DNA from: TPA_inf: Saccharomyces
Taxonomy: Eukaryota
Reading direction: 5' to 3'
DNA length: 64,000 nt
NCBI GenBank assembly: GCA_000146045.2
Contig: BK006939.2
Span: forward strand, 512,001-576,000
The notes beneath the pieces are model-generated. The model had not been told where the DNA came from. It did not search any database and saw nothing but the letters and a program-made list of their open reading frames with translations. Shown here one piece after another: positions 26,434-38,743 of this stretch; positions within the stretch are counted from its first letter, which is position 1, and every line of letters begins with the position of its first letter. Both the position numbers and the translations under genes were made by a program.

Positions 26434-27168
26434 TTACTGTAGAGCATGTTGGAAATATTCAGGATCTTCTTCTATAGATTCCTTGATAATATCCAAACCT
26501 CCCTGGAACTCCCCATTGATATATAACTGAGGAAAAGTAGGCCAATCAGAAAACTTCTTCAAGCTTTGTCTAACGTTTTCGTCTCTTAATATATCAAAAA
26601 ATCCGAACCTTATTTGGTGTTCTCTGAGGATACCAACTAACTGTCTAGAAAATCCGCATTTAGGTTCTGATGGGCTTCCTTTCATGAATAGCATCACAGG
26701 TGCAGCTTGTACTAGCTTCACCAGCCTAGCATTTATTTCTTCTTCAGTTTCGTCCTCTTCATCATCGGAAGACCCGCTGCTTTCCTCATCAGACGTAGAT
26801 TTAGGACCCTTGGCATTGTTCGCTAGTGAGGCAGAAGCATTCGAAAGAATTTCTAAGCTTTTCACAAACTCCTTAGGATCTGCGGCTGATATTTCTTTTA
26901 CAATAGTACCATTTTGAATGAAGACGAAGTATGGTACGGCTGCAATCTCAAAAAGGTCTGATATTTCTGGATGTTCGTCTGCATCTATTGATAAAAACCG
27001 GACATCCTCTTGCCTAACTTTTTCACTAACAGCTTCTAGCACCTGGCTCATAGTTTTGCAAGGATCAGCCCATTGAGCTTTAAAATATAAGACAATGAGT
27101 TTATTAGCAGCGTTTGTAGTGGTTAGTTGCGTAAATTGGTCCTGGCTTTTTATTTCAACCACAGTCAT
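26434..27168 (-). CDS. GRX4: Monothiol glutaredoxin with an N-terminal thioredoxin-like domain, 244 aa.
   Basis: The thioredoxin-like WADPCK motif is followed by an acidic linker and a Grx domain with the CGFS active site. The chrV context separates it from its paralogue GRX3. Confidence 0.88.
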
Positions 27169-27463
27169 ATTTATTGGAGGAAGAGCACAGAAATTTAGTT
27201 ATATGTAAGTGGAAAAATGAAATATGCTCAGTACCCAAAGACAACAATGTTACCGGGAAAACGAATCAACGTTCCTGGCAGTAACAGATTAAAAAATGGT
27301 TCAACTGGTACAGTATTAATATGCTATTTAAGCTAAATATCAACCAGTCTTCAGATATGGTAACTTTTTCTAGGACATCTGTGAATACGTCGCGAGGCTT
27401 CACCAATTAAAACGCGCGCTCTTACTAAAATTTCACGAATATAATGCTTATTGGCTGAAATTT

Positions 27464-28372
<909 letters not shown>

Positions 28373-28649
28373 TTATTTTGTTATCTTGTTAGGAGATAAT
28401 TCTCATAACAACTAATAAAGACTGCTACAACGAAAACATACTAAATTAGTTACATTCCTTTTCCTTTAAAAATGAAAATAAGGAAGATAAACTTTCGGAA
28501 AACCAGAAAAAAAAAGGATATTACTGTGAGTCATGAACATCAACACATAAGGTGTGATTCATTTATAGTAAACAACGGCAGAATTGCACCTAATTTTTCT
28601 GATTAGATAGGTTGATGGAACACCCTTTTTATTGGTCATTTAACAATGC

Positions 28650-28814
28650 ATGAGACTACATAAAACATTTATCTGTTTTAGTCAAAACAAACGTGGTTGT
28701 AGAAATATTCTGCAAGAAAATTCGCGGATGATATTTGAGAATAAAATACTCATAATGATATTGAGGCAGGGTATATTTTTTAATATTAGCGTGAGCACCA
28801 AGATCAGTTTCTAA
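28650..28814 (+). CDS. YER175W-A: Small 54-codon ORF in the TMT1-ECM32 intergenic region.
   Basis: ATG at 28650 to TAA at 28812-28814. The translation reads MRLHKTFICFSQNKRGCRNILQENSRMIFENKILIMILRQGIFFNISVSTKISF. It is below the 60-aa cutoff of the track. I recall a small annotated ORF at this relative position; the sequence alone cannot establish that it is coding. Confidence 0.35.
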   Translation: MRLHKTFICFSQNKRGCRNILQENSRMIFENKILIMILRQGIFFNISVSTKISF

Positions 28815-29689
28815 ACATTAGCAAATTATTCTAGGTGGTATAAGACAGGCTAAAAATCTATAATTGAAATGTCAGCATCTTAAAATAAAACAGGAATTAA
28901 TTTCTAAATACGCAATTGATCCAAGTGTTATGTCAATATGACTTACTGAGAACATACTCTGGCGGGCTTTACTTCCCGATCTCACATGTTGCCTTCAAGA
29001 AGCACAAAAAATTTGCAGCCCAAACACTGTCAGACACGGGAATCGATCTAACATCGTAAAATTTCAGCTGCTTCGATAAATTGGTACCCAAATATTGGAG
29101 AGACCTTTCACCACACCGACTTGAAATAGTAAACTCAAGCGCAATGATGAAAATTGGGTTGCAATGTATATTTGATATCACAAATACCAAAATTAGCCGC
29201 TTTTTTGGTACGCACTTATAATCGAAGAAATTGATTCTTTTTTAGATTTTTAACAAATGAGGTTATATGAGAATGAAGCAGGTCATAACAAGCGGAACCA
29301 AAGCTTACTCAAACAAGTTATCATTTCCAACTAAATCCTACTTGAACTGCACCTCTTAAAAGAAAGATAGAAATTCTATACAAGCGCTCTCACTCAATAA
29401 GAATTGTAAAATGAACATGACAGTGATGTGTCACACCTCGATCGGCAACGTGAATTGGTTACCGTCTATTTAGTAATCAGTACAGAGATATTGAAGATGC
29501 CGCTATTTTTTTTTTTTTATATTTCCGCCGTATTTTATTCCTGTGTAGTCGGGTAATGGATGCTATTTGTATGCGATTTTAGAGTCTTAAAATGCTCAAG
29601 AGTGATGTATAATGTAAGTTCATCATTTGAAGAATTCGAACAAAGTTGTGACAATATAAGGAGTTCCGCAGACTAAGAAGTACTACACG

Positions 29690-32600
29690 ATGGATTTTCA
29701 GTGCAGAACGTGTAGCCAGGCTTATGATGCTGAGCAGATGATGAAGCATCTCTCAAGTACGAGGCATAAAACTGTATTCGACACTTCAAATGATGAAGAT
29801 ATTTGCTGTGAGGAATGTCAAGATAAAAATATACACCAACTTCAAATCATCAGGTTTGGGGGTGAAGACATGGTTTTACTTTGTAATTCGTGTTTTCGGA
29901 AAGAATATTCAGAAACGGAGCGTCCATCAACTAGCTACTCATTACAAAACGGCTCTATATTGAAATTTTGGGAAAAGTACGTGAAAGTCAGGGAATGTTG
30001 TTGTGATGAGTGTGGGGAAGAGTCTAACTTGAATGCAAATAGAAATGGAGAAGTATTATGTGACAAGTGCTTGCCCAAATCGAATAGAGCTAAAGACTTT
30101 GTTTCTGAAAAAAGTGGAAGATTCCTATACATCTACTTGGGACTGAATGAAACACAGAATAGCACTAGAAAGCCTAGAAAAAAGGGCGGCAGAAGAGTTG
30201 GTAGAGGAAAGAAGGGCAGGAAGGGTGCTAAGATTAAGAAGGAGAAAAAGGAAACTTTCGAGGCCAAAATAAGTAGAATCGCTTATGAAGTCAAGAAAGA
30301 AAATAGTACCATTCAAAGCTCTAGTAGTTCCAATCTAAGAAACTTCAAAGGTTTCAAAGCGGTGGAAAGCGATCCAGTAGTTGCAGCAAAAGTAAGCAAA
30401 TCAGAGACTAGTAGAAGTAATCCTGGCCCATCAAATCGAAACAAAGGGAAAGGAAATAAGGCAAACCACAAAAAGAATAGTGGAAATGGGATAGGAAAAG
30501 AGAAAGAGAGGAAAACAAACATTAGAAATAATGTCCGTAACAGCCAACCTATACCAGAGGACAGAAAAAATACCAATAGCCACGTTACAACAAACTCTGG
30601 AGGGAAAGGCAAGAACGAATCAGTGGATAAGCACCAATTACCGCAACCAAAAGCTTTGAATGGAAACGGGTCGGGCAGTACTAATACTACTGGTTTGAAA
30701 AAAGGGAAAAAAGACCATGCTGGCCAGAAGACTAAGGGCAATGATAAAACGGGTAATAAGAATCCGCGAGAGGCCAAACTAAATTCAGCTGGCAGAAAGA
30801 ATGCACTTGGCAAAAAATCAAATAACCAGCCAAATAAGGGAACTAGCAGGTGGACAATTGGATCTGATACTGAATCTTCTAGAGAACCTAGTATTAGCCC
30901 AAACGAGAACACAACTTCAATTACTAAATCGCGAAACCGCAATAAGAAGGCTAGCAAGCCGACGCTGAATGAAAAATCAAAAACAACAACGATGCCAAAA
31001 AAGTTGGAGACAAAAAATCAAGAGAAAAATAATGGAAAAACTAAGGACGGGAAACTTATTTACGAAGAAGGTGAACCACTCACAAGGTATAATACCTTTA
31101 AGTCAACCTTATCATACCCCGATTTGAACACATACCTAAATGATTACTCATTTGCCCTTTTTTTGGAACAGAAATTAGAGAACGAATTTGTTCAAAACTT
31201 CAACATACTATGGCCTCGCAATGAAAAAGATACAGCTTTTATAATCAACGTTGAGAAGAATAATAATTCAGAACTTGAGAAATTACTACCTGCAAATTTG
31301 CTTGCACTCGGTAGACCGGCATTTAATGAAAGGCAACCATTTTTCTTTTGTACTCAGGATGAACAAAAAGTTTGGTATATTTTTATCAAAGAACTTTCTA
31401 TTCAAAGGGGTAAATACGTGTTGTTAGTGGAGCTTTTTTCGTGGAATAATTTGAGTTTGCCAACGAAAAATGGTTCATCTCAATTTAAGCTATTGCCAAC
31501 TTCTGCGCAGACAAGTAGAATTCTATTTGCCATGACGCGTATTACAAACCCAAAATTTATTGACCTATTACTAGGCCAAAAGCCTATTAAAGAGATTTAT
31601 TTTGATAACAGGCTAAAATTTTCCAGTGACAAGTTGAACCGATCTCAGAAGACTGCAGTGGAACATGTTCTAAACAACAGTATCACAATTCTACAAGGCC
31701 CACCTGGTACAGGTAAAACATCAACAATAGAGGAGATAATCATCCAAGTAATTGAAAGATTTCACGCATTCCCAATATTGTGTGTTGCCGCGTCAAATAT
31801 TGCTATTGATAACATTGCCGAGAAGATTATGGAGAATAGACCGCAGATAAAGATCTTAAGAATTTTGTCAAAGAAGAAAGAACAACAGTATAGTGATGAC
31901 CACCCATTGGGCGAAATTTGTCTCCACAATATTGTATACAAAAATCTTTCCCCAGACATGCAAGTCGTGGCAAACAAAACCCGCAGGGGCGAAATGATCT
32001 CCAAATCAGAGGACACGAAGTTTTATAAAGAGAAAAACCGTGTCACCAACAAGGTCGTATCTCAATCGCAAATAATTTTCACGACAAACATTGCTGCAGG
32101 TGGTCGTGAATTGAAGGTTATAAAAGAATGTCCCGTGGTAATAATGGATGAGGCTACACAATCATCAGAGGCTTCAACACTAGTCCCACTTTCGTTACCA
32201 GGTATAAGAAATTTTGTCTTCGTTGGGGACGAAAAGCAATTGTCAAGTTTCAGCAACATCCCTCAACTGGAAACCTCACTATTCGAAAGAGTCCTATCTA
32301 ATGGCACGTACAAAAACCCACTAATGCTGGATACGCAGTACAGAATGCACCCAAAAATTAGCGAATTCCCCATTAAGAAAATATACAATGGTGAATTGAA
32401 GGACGGTGTCACGGACGAACAAAAGGCATGGCCTGGCGTGCAGCATCCGTTGTTTTTTTATCAGTGCGATTTGGGGCCCGAGAGCAGAGTGAGAAGCACG
32501 CAAAGAGACATAGTCGGGTTTACGTACGAAAACAAACACGAATGTGTAGAAATCGTGAAGATTATCCAAATACTAATGTTGGACAAGAAGGTTCCGCTGG

Positions 32601-33055
32601 AAGAAATTGGTGTCATAACGCCCTATTCTGCACAGCGTGATCTGCTGTCTGACATCTTGACCAAAAACGTAGTTATCAACCCCAAACAGATTTCTATGCA
32701 ACAAGAATACGATGAAATTGAGCTATTTAACGCGGCTGGTTCTCAAGGAACCGCCGGCAGTCTACAAAACAATGTGATTAACATCATCAACGGCCTACAC
32801 GTCGCGACCGTAGACTCCTTTCAAGGCCACGAAAAATCTTTCATCATATTTTCATGTGTCAGAAATAACACCGAAAACAAAATCGGCTTTTTACGTGACA
32901 AAAGAAGGTTAAACGTGGCATTGACAAGAGCCAAGCACGGACTAATTGTGGTGGGCAACAAGAATGTCTTAAGAAAAGGAGACCCCCTATGGAAAGACTA
33001 CATTACCTACCTCGAGGAACAAGAGGTCATATTCACTGATCTCACAGCTTACTAG
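29690..33055 (+). CDS. ECM32: Upf1-like superfamily-1 DNA helicase with a Cys/His-rich N-terminus and a long basic low-complexity linker, 1121 aa.
   Basis: The N-terminal Cys/His cluster reads CRTCSQAY...HK, CCEECQDK...CNSCF and CCCDECGEE...CDKC. SF1 helicase motifs are present: Walker A GPPGTGKT, DEATQ, and the C-terminal motifs VDSFQG and TRAK. Confidence 0.9.
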   Translation: MDFQCRTCSQAYDAEQMMKHLSSTRHKTVFDTSNDEDICCEECQDKNIHQLQIIRFGGEDMVLLCNSCFRKEYSETERPSTSYSLQNGSILKFWEKYVKVRECCCDECGEESNLNANRNGEVLCDKCLPKSNRAKDFVSEKSGRFLYIYLGLNETQNSTRKPRKKGGRRVGRGKKGRKGAKIKKEKKETFEAKISRIAYEVKKENSTIQSSSSSNLRNFKGFKAVESDPVVAAKVSKSETSRSNPGPSNRNKGKGNKANHKKNSGNGIGKEKERKTNIRNNVRNSQPIPEDRKNTNSHVTTNSGGKGKNESVDKHQLPQPKALNGNGSGSTNTTGLKKGKKDHAGQKTKGNDKTGNKNPREAKLNSAGRKNALGKKSNNQPNKGTSRWTIGSDTESSREPSISPNENTTSITKSRNRNKKASKPTLNEKSKTTTMPKKLETKNQEKNNGKTKDGKLIYEEGEPLTRYNTFKSTLSYPDLNTYLNDYSFALFLEQKLENEFVQNFNILWPRNEKDTAFIINVEKNNNSELEKLLPANLLALGRPAFNERQPFFFCTQDEQKVWYIFIKELSIQRGKYVLLVELFSWNNLSLPTKNGSSQFKLLPTSAQTSRILFAMTRITNPKFIDLLLGQKPIKEIYFDNRLKFSSDKLNRSQKTAVEHVLNNSITILQGPPGTGKTSTIEEIIIQVIERFHAFPILCVAASNIAIDNIAEKIMENRPQIKILRILSKKKEQQYSDDHPLGEICLHNIVYKNLSPDMQVVANKTRRGEMISKSEDTKFYKEKNRVTNKVVSQSQIIFTTNIAAGGRELKVIKECPVVIMDEATQSSEASTLVPLSLPGIRNFVFVGDEKQLSSFSNIPQLETSLFERVLSNGTYKNPLMLDTQYRMHPKISEFPIKKIYNGELKDGVTDEQKAWPGVQHPLFFYQCDLGPESRVRSTQRDIVGFTYENKHECVEIVKIIQILMLDKKVPLEEIGVITPYSAQRDLLSDILTKNVVINPKQISMQQEYDEIELFNAAGSQGTAGSLQNNVINIINGLHVATVDSFQGHEKSFIIFSCVRNNTENKIGFLRDKRRLNVALTRAKHGLIVVGNKNVLRKGDPLWKDYITYLEEQEVIFTDLTAY

Positions 33056-33186
33056 CCGGCTAGGCGGCGGCAAGAAAATCCACTGTTTATGTATTGATTG
33101 CGCAATGCAGAGATAGATAGATATAGATAGATAATGGACGTAGTTATAGAACAGAAAATCGGTAGATCGAAAACACAGGGGAAAAA

Positions 33187-33202
33187 GGGGGGGGGGGGGG
33201 GG
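33187..33202 (+). repeat. Uninterrupted G16 homopolymer in the ECM32-BMH1 intergenic region.
   Basis: Read directly from the sequence: GAAAAAGGGGGGGGGGGGGGGGAGACAG. CACGTG follows at 33215-33220 and a (GATA)n run lies at 33112-33133. Confidence 0.9.
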
Positions 33203-33610
33203 AGACAGCGCAGCCACGTGACGGGCTTCCTCTTTGGAAAGTGGAGCGAAGTTTTGCGGAAGCTACTTTATTCCGGCCTGGAGTCAAAAGAGGAAGCTCG
33301 GTGGCAAATAGCTTCCTCTTTGTGGCCGGGGCGCGGGGGGACGAGGCAAAAAGCAAAGAAAAGCAAAAAAAATAAAAAAAAAAACAAAAAAACAGGGGTA
33401 TGAGAAAAAGACACGCTTTTCCACGCGCAGCAAAAAGGAAAAAGGAAAAGGAAACTCTTTATTATTGGACCTTAAACCTGAAAACGAGACGAACCGTAAC
33501 ATAAAACCGTGTAGTTTCTGCAAAAATAACTTAGTTTTTCCTACTTTTCAAAATTGAGAGCGCAAGCAAGTGAGAAGAAAAAGCAAGTTAAAGATAAACT
33601 AAAGATAAAA

Positions 33611-34414
33611 ATGTCAACCAGTCGTGAAGATTCTGTGTACCTAGCCAAGTTGGCTGAACAGGCCGAACGTTATGAAGAAATGGTCGAAAACATGAAGACT
33701 GTTGCCTCCTCTGGCCAAGAGTTGTCGGTCGAAGAGCGTAATTTGTTGTCTGTTGCTTATAAGAACGTTATTGGTGCTCGTCGTGCCTCTTGGAGAATTG
33801 TTTCTTCTATTGAGCAAAAGGAGGAGTCCAAGGAGAAGTCCGAACACCAGGTCGAGTTGATTTGTTCGTACCGTTCGAAGATTGAGACCGAACTAACTAA
33901 GATCTCCGACGATATTTTGTCCGTGCTAGACTCCCACTTAATTCCATCAGCCACCACTGGCGAGTCCAAGGTTTTCTACTATAAGATGAAGGGTGACTAC
34001 CACCGTTATTTGGCTGAATTTTCTAGTGGCGATGCTAGAGAAAAGGCCACAAACGCCTCTTTAGAAGCATACAAGACCGCTTCTGAAATTGCCACCACAG
34101 AGTTACCCCCAACTCACCCAATCCGTCTAGGTTTGGCTCTTAACTTCTCTGTCTTCTATTATGAAATTCAAAACTCTCCAGACAAAGCCTGCCATTTGGC
34201 CAAGCAAGCTTTTGACGACGCTATTGCTGAGTTGGACACTCTGTCTGAAGAATCATACAAAGATAGCACACTTATCATGCAACTGCTAAGGGACAATTTA
34301 ACCTTATGGACTTCAGACATGTCCGAGTCCGGTCAAGCTGAAGACCAACAACAACAACAACAACATCAGCAACAGCAGCCACCTGCTGCCGCCGAAGGTG
34401 AAGCACCAAAGTAA
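33611..34414 (+). CDS. BMH1: 14-3-3 protein, 267 aa, with a C-terminal poly-Gln tail.
   Basis: ATG at 33611 gives [24 protein letters not shown]; the track start at 33554 is TTG. The 14-3-3 fold is canonical. The tail reads [21 protein letters not shown]; the shorter poly-Q tail distinguishes BMH1 from BMH2. Confidence 0.95.
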
Positions 34415-34816
34415 GTATTCTGATAAATCTAAAGAGAAATTACTAAAAAAAAGAAAAAAAAAAGAACGGGGGTGTAATAATTTGTAGTTCATTATTGCAA
34501 TTATATATCTATATCTATATATGTATATAACATTAACATGTGCATGTACACACGTAATCGCGCGTGTACATGTCTATATGTGTTACTTGAACTATACTGT
34601 TTTGACGTGTATGTTTATTTATCTCTCTTCTGATTCCTCCACCCCTTCCTTACTCAACCGGGTAAATGTCGCATCATGACTCCCGACAATAATCCCCTCT
34701 GGTATAGCGAGAAGCAACTTTAGCTTCTTAACGGCAAGAACTTTTTTATGTTTGTCGCACCTGTATCTTCACAAAAGTTGGATACAGCAATAAGAAAGGA
34801 AACCACATTTGTGCCA

Positions 34817-36079
34817 ATGCTTGCTGCTTCATTCAAACGCCAACCATCACAATTGGTCCGCGGGTTAGGAGCTGTTCTTCGCACTCCCACCAGGATAGGT
34901 CATGTTCGTACCATGGCAACTTTAAAAACAACTGATAAGAAGGCCCCTGAGGACATCGAGGGCTCGGACACAGTGCAAATTGAGTTGCCTGAATCTTCCT
35001 TCGAGTCGTATATGCTAGAGCCTCCAGACTTGTCTTATGAGACTTCGAAAGCCACCTTGTTACAGATGTATAAAGATATGGTCATCATCAGAAGAATGGA
35101 GATGGCTTGTGACGCCTTGTACAAGGCCAAGAAAATCAGAGGTTTTTGCCATCTATCTGTTGGTCAGGAGGCCATTGCTGTCGGTATCGAGAATGCCATC
35201 ACAAAATTGGATTCCATCATCACATCTTACAGATGTCACGGTTTCACTTTTATGAGAGGTGCCTCAGTGAAAGCCGTTCTGGCTGAATTGATGGGTAGAA
35301 GAGCCGGTGTCTCTTATGGTAAGGGTGGTTCCATGCACCTTTACGCTCCAGGCTTCTATGGTGGTAATGGTATCGTGGGTGCCCAGGTTCCTTTAGGTGC
35401 AGGTTTAGCTTTTGCTCACCAATACAAGAACGAGGACGCCTGCTCTTTCACTTTGTATGGTGATGGTGCCTCTAATCAAGGTCAAGTTTTTGAATCTTTC
35501 AACATGGCCAAATTATGGAATTTGCCCGTCGTGTTTTGCTGTGAGAACAACAAGTACGGTATGGGTACCGCCGCTTCAAGATCCTCCGCGATGACTGAAT
35601 ATTTCAAGCGTGGTCAATATATTCCAGGTTTAAAAGTTAACGGTATGGATATTCTAGCTGTCTACCAAGCATCCAAGTTTGCTAAGGACTGGTGTCTATC
35701 CGGCAAAGGTCCTCTCGTTCTAGAATATGAAACCTATAGGTACGGTGGCCATTCTATGTCTGATCCCGGTACTACCTACAGAACTAGAGACGAGATTCAG
35801 CATATGAGATCCAAGAACGATCCAATTGCTGGTCTTAAGATGCATTTGATTGATCTAGGTATTGCCACTGAAGCTGAAGTCAAAGCTTACGACAAGTCCG
35901 CTAGAAAATACGTTGACGAACAAGTTGAATTAGCTGATGCTGCTCCTCCTCCAGAAGCCAAATTATCCATCTTGTTTGAAGACGTCTACGTGAAAGGTAC
36001 AGAAACTCCAACCCTAAGAGGTAGGATCCCTGAAGATACTTGGGACTTCAAAAAGCAAGGTTTTGCCTCTAGGGATTAA
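34817..36079 (+). CDS. PDA1: Pyruvate dehydrogenase E1 alpha subunit, mitochondrial, 420 aa.
   Basis: ATG at 34817 gives MLAASFKRQPSQLVRG, a mitochondrial presequence. The TPP-binding motif GDGASNQGQ and the phosphorylation-loop region YRYGGHSMSDPG are present. Confidence 0.95.
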   Translation: MLAASFKRQPSQLVRGLGAVLRTPTRIGHVRTMATLKTTDKKAPEDIEGSDTVQIELPESSFESYMLEPPDLSYETSKATLLQMYKDMVIIRRMEMACDALYKAKKIRGFCHLSVGQEAIAVGIENAITKLDSIITSYRCHGFTFMRGASVKAVLAELMGRRAGVSYGKGGSMHLYAPGFYGGNGIVGAQVPLGAGLAFAHQYKNEDACSFTLYGDGASNQGQVFESFNMAKLWNLPVVFCCENNKYGMGTAASRSSAMTEYFKRGQYIPGLKVNGMDILAVYQASKFAKDWCLSGKGPLVLEYETYRYGGHSMSDPGTTYRTRDEIQHMRSKNDPIAGLKMHLIDLGIATEAEVKAYDKSARKYVDEQVELADAAPPPEAKLSILFEDVYVKGTETPTLRGRIPEDTWDFKKQGFASRD

Positions 36080-36280
36080 TTAAATCGTAAGGAAAAATAA
36101 AATAATAGTGCTGTGATCGCATGATATTCTTCCCTGGAAGCGCCATTTTATAGCAAGAAATGTAAGTCAAGTATATTTTAACTGTATATCAACAATATAG
36201 CTCTTTTTTATGCCTTGTTGTTTTTCTTCGGGTTTTCCCCACACATTGTGTGGAGAGATAGTTATTAACAGACCGGAAAA

Positions 36281-36290
36281 TAGCCGCCCA
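36281..36290 (+). promoter_or_regulatory. URS1 element (Ume6 site) TAGCCGCCCA in the DMC1 promoter, about -140 from the ATG.
   Basis: It matches the URS1 consensus TAGCCGCCSA. DMC1 is an early meiotic gene. TATATAAA lies at 36304-36311. Confidence 0.55.
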
Positions 36291-36420
36291 AGGATAAACT
36301 TTTATATAAAGGGAAGGGTAGTTGACCCAAAAAATTTGGATTCTACTTTTCCAGATTTACTTTCACCCTTTTATATTTGCTGTAGTCTGTTATGCCAATC
36401 AGGAAAGCATTTGAACAAAT

Positions 36421-37517
36421 ATGTCTGTTACAGGAACTGAGATCGATAGTGATACAGCAAAAAATATTCTTAGTGTAGATGAATTACAGAACTATGGTAT
36501 TAATGCCTCAGATCTTCAAAAATTGAAGTCTGGTGGGATATACACAGTCAATGTATGTTATAATAACATTTTTAAAACCTCTGCTGTAGAGGTTCTTTCC
36601 CCCTTTCTTTTACTAACTAATAATTTGGAAAGGAACTTTTATAGACCGTTTTGTCAACAACAAGAAGACATCTATGTAAAATTAAAGGGTTAAGTGAGGT
36701 GAAAGTGGAAAAAATTAAAGAAGCTGCTGGAAAAATCATACAGGTGGGATTTATCCCCGCTACTGTACAATTAGATATAAGACAGCGTGTGTACTCCTTA
36801 TCAACTGGATCTAAGCAACTAGATTCAATCCTAGGTGGTGGAATAATGACAATGAGTATCACTGAAGTATTTGGTGAATTTAGGTGTGGTAAGACACAGA
36901 TGTCTCATACTTTGTGTGTTACCACGCAGCTTCCGAGGGAAATGGGTGGTGGTGAAGGGAAAGTAGCATATATTGATACAGAAGGCACTTTCAGGCCCGA
37001 GAGGATTAAGCAAATTGCAGAAGGTTATGAATTGGATCCCGAGTCATGTTTGGCAAACGTTTCATATGCTAGAGCCTTGAATAGTGAACATCAAATGGAA
37101 CTTGTTGAACAATTGGGTGAAGAACTTAGTTCTGGAGATTATCGCCTTATCGTGGTAGATTCTATAATGGCAAACTTCAGAGTAGACTACTGCGGTAGAG
37201 GTGAACTAAGCGAAAGACAGCAAAAGCTAAATCAACATCTTTTCAAATTGAATAGATTGGCAGAGGAATTTAATGTTGCAGTATTTCTGACAAACCAAGT
37301 TCAATCAGACCCAGGTGCTTCTGCATTATTTGCCTCGGCAGATGGTAGGAAACCAATTGGAGGGCACGTTCTGGCACATGCGTCAGCAACAAGGATTTTG
37401 TTGAGAAAAGGGCGTGGTGACGAAAGAGTTGCCAAGTTACAAGATTCCCCAGATATGCCTGAAAAAGAATGTGTCTACGTAATTGGTGAAAAAGGTATTA
37501 CCGATTCAAGTGACTAG
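36421..37517 (+). CDS. DMC1: Meiosis-specific RecA/Rad51-family recombinase. Two exons (36421..36552 and 36645..37517); spliced product 334 aa.
   Basis: Exon 1 ends ...GGIYTVN. The intron is 36553..36644: GTATGT 5' splice site, TACTAAC branch point at 36611-36617, and TAG 3' splice site. Exon 2 continues [15 protein letters not shown]. Walker [10 protein letters not shown] is present. A URS1 element lies upstream. Confidence 0.93.
36553..36644 (+). other. DMC1: Spliceosomal intron of DMC1 (92 nt).
   Basis: Canonical yeast GTATGT...TACTAAC...TAG signals. Splicing restores the Rad51-family reading frame. Confidence 0.9.
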
Positions 37518-37723
37518 TTTTTGTATACTTTTTTAATGAAGATGACATTGCTCCTTTATTAAACTTTTCTTTTACTTTGTGTTACTAATATTATTAATAT
37601 CTTGTTATGATTCTTTGTTTTAGCAGCTCCAAAAGAAAGGAATATTATAATATAATTGTTGTAATTCGGAAAAAAAATATTAAATTACTATGGTGCATAT
37701 GCGTATATAAAATTGAGCATTAC

Positions 37724-38527
37724 CTAACGCCATATATTACTATCTAAAGTCCTCACAGATGATGTGTTTTCAAAATCAAATGATTGGAGCTCCTCATCAT
37801 CATCCCCGGTAAACTGCTCGGTTTCAGATCCATTATCCAGATACCTCAACGGGCTAGTGTACGCAATTGAAGGGTACCTATAAAATAAAGTACGTTCCTC
37901 TTTCAACTGAAAAAACCCCCGATAATCCCTTGACAAGAAATAATACATAATATAATCTCGCTTTCTGACAAGACTTTTCAGTTCTTGGTACTCTAATTCC
38001 CGTTCGAAAACCGGATATGTGCCAGCAATTTCGTCAGTTATTATAGCGTTTATAATAGCCTCGTAGTCATCGGGCTCAATTCTATTTTCGTAGTTGAACA
38101 GACGGTAAAAAGGGCTACAGTCATAATTATGCTCGCATTCCTCGAGAATAATATCTGAATCAGATTGTAAATGTATGATATTTCTTGGCGTTACAACAAT
38201 AGAATCCTCAGGCCCTGATATTTTCTCTATAGATGGGGAATCCGGTATATAGTCAAGGTTGATATCTGTTAATTCATTTGAATTTAGGTTAGCGCGAGCT
38301 TCAATTTCGTTAGGCTTCTTGAAATTTGCCTTAACTGGGATTTGCTTTGCCAATTTTTTGTCATCTAGCTTTTTTCTATGATTGAAATTTAGGTCACGAA
38401 GCCTTATATGTTCAAGATCCTTGGATTTTGTAGCAGCTTTTTCCTTTATCAAGAAACTGCTTGACTTCTTTTGCGAAAAAGGGTGGGTTTGATTTTCATC
38501 TTGATGCAACCTCTCATCGACATCCAT
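37724..38527 (-). CDS. ISC10: Sporulation-specific protein, 267 aa.
   Basis: ATG-initiated 267-aa ORF. The size and position fit ISC10. An MSE-like motif lies in its 5' region. Confidence 0.8.
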   Translation of the reverse strand: MDVDERLHQDENQTHPFSQKKSSSFLIKEKAATKSKDLEHIRLRDLNFNHRKKLDDKKLAKQIPVKANFKKPNEIEARANLNSNELTDINLDYIPDSPSIEKISGPEDSIVVTPRNIIHLQSDSDIILEECEHNYDCSPFYRLFNYENRIEPDDYEAIINAIITDEIAGTYPVFERELEYQELKSLVRKRDYIMYYFLSRDYRGFFQLKEERTLFYRYPSIAYTSPLRYLDNGSETEQFTGDDDEELQSFDFENTSSVRTLDSNIWR

Positions 38528-38743
38528 TTTGTCACTGTGTCTGAGAATCTATACTTCAGGGCCTGCTACAAGAAGTAGAAACTAAAATACAATGTTACAA
38601 ATGCGAGAAGGGTTTTTTTTATGATCATGAGTGACCGCAATAAAATCTTTCGAAGCTTTTTCGAATATTTTAACATTTTTTCTCTATAGCTTCTTTGTGG
38701 CATCGCCCATGGGATCAAACCATACTGGTTTCTTTGTAAAACA

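Noticed and set aside
30313-30957. 214-aa minus-strand ORF antisense to ECM32.
   Set aside because: It is antisense to the Lys/Asn/Gly-rich low-complexity linker of ECM32. Codon-biased A-rich sense sequence yields a stop-free F/L-rich antisense frame. Artefact.
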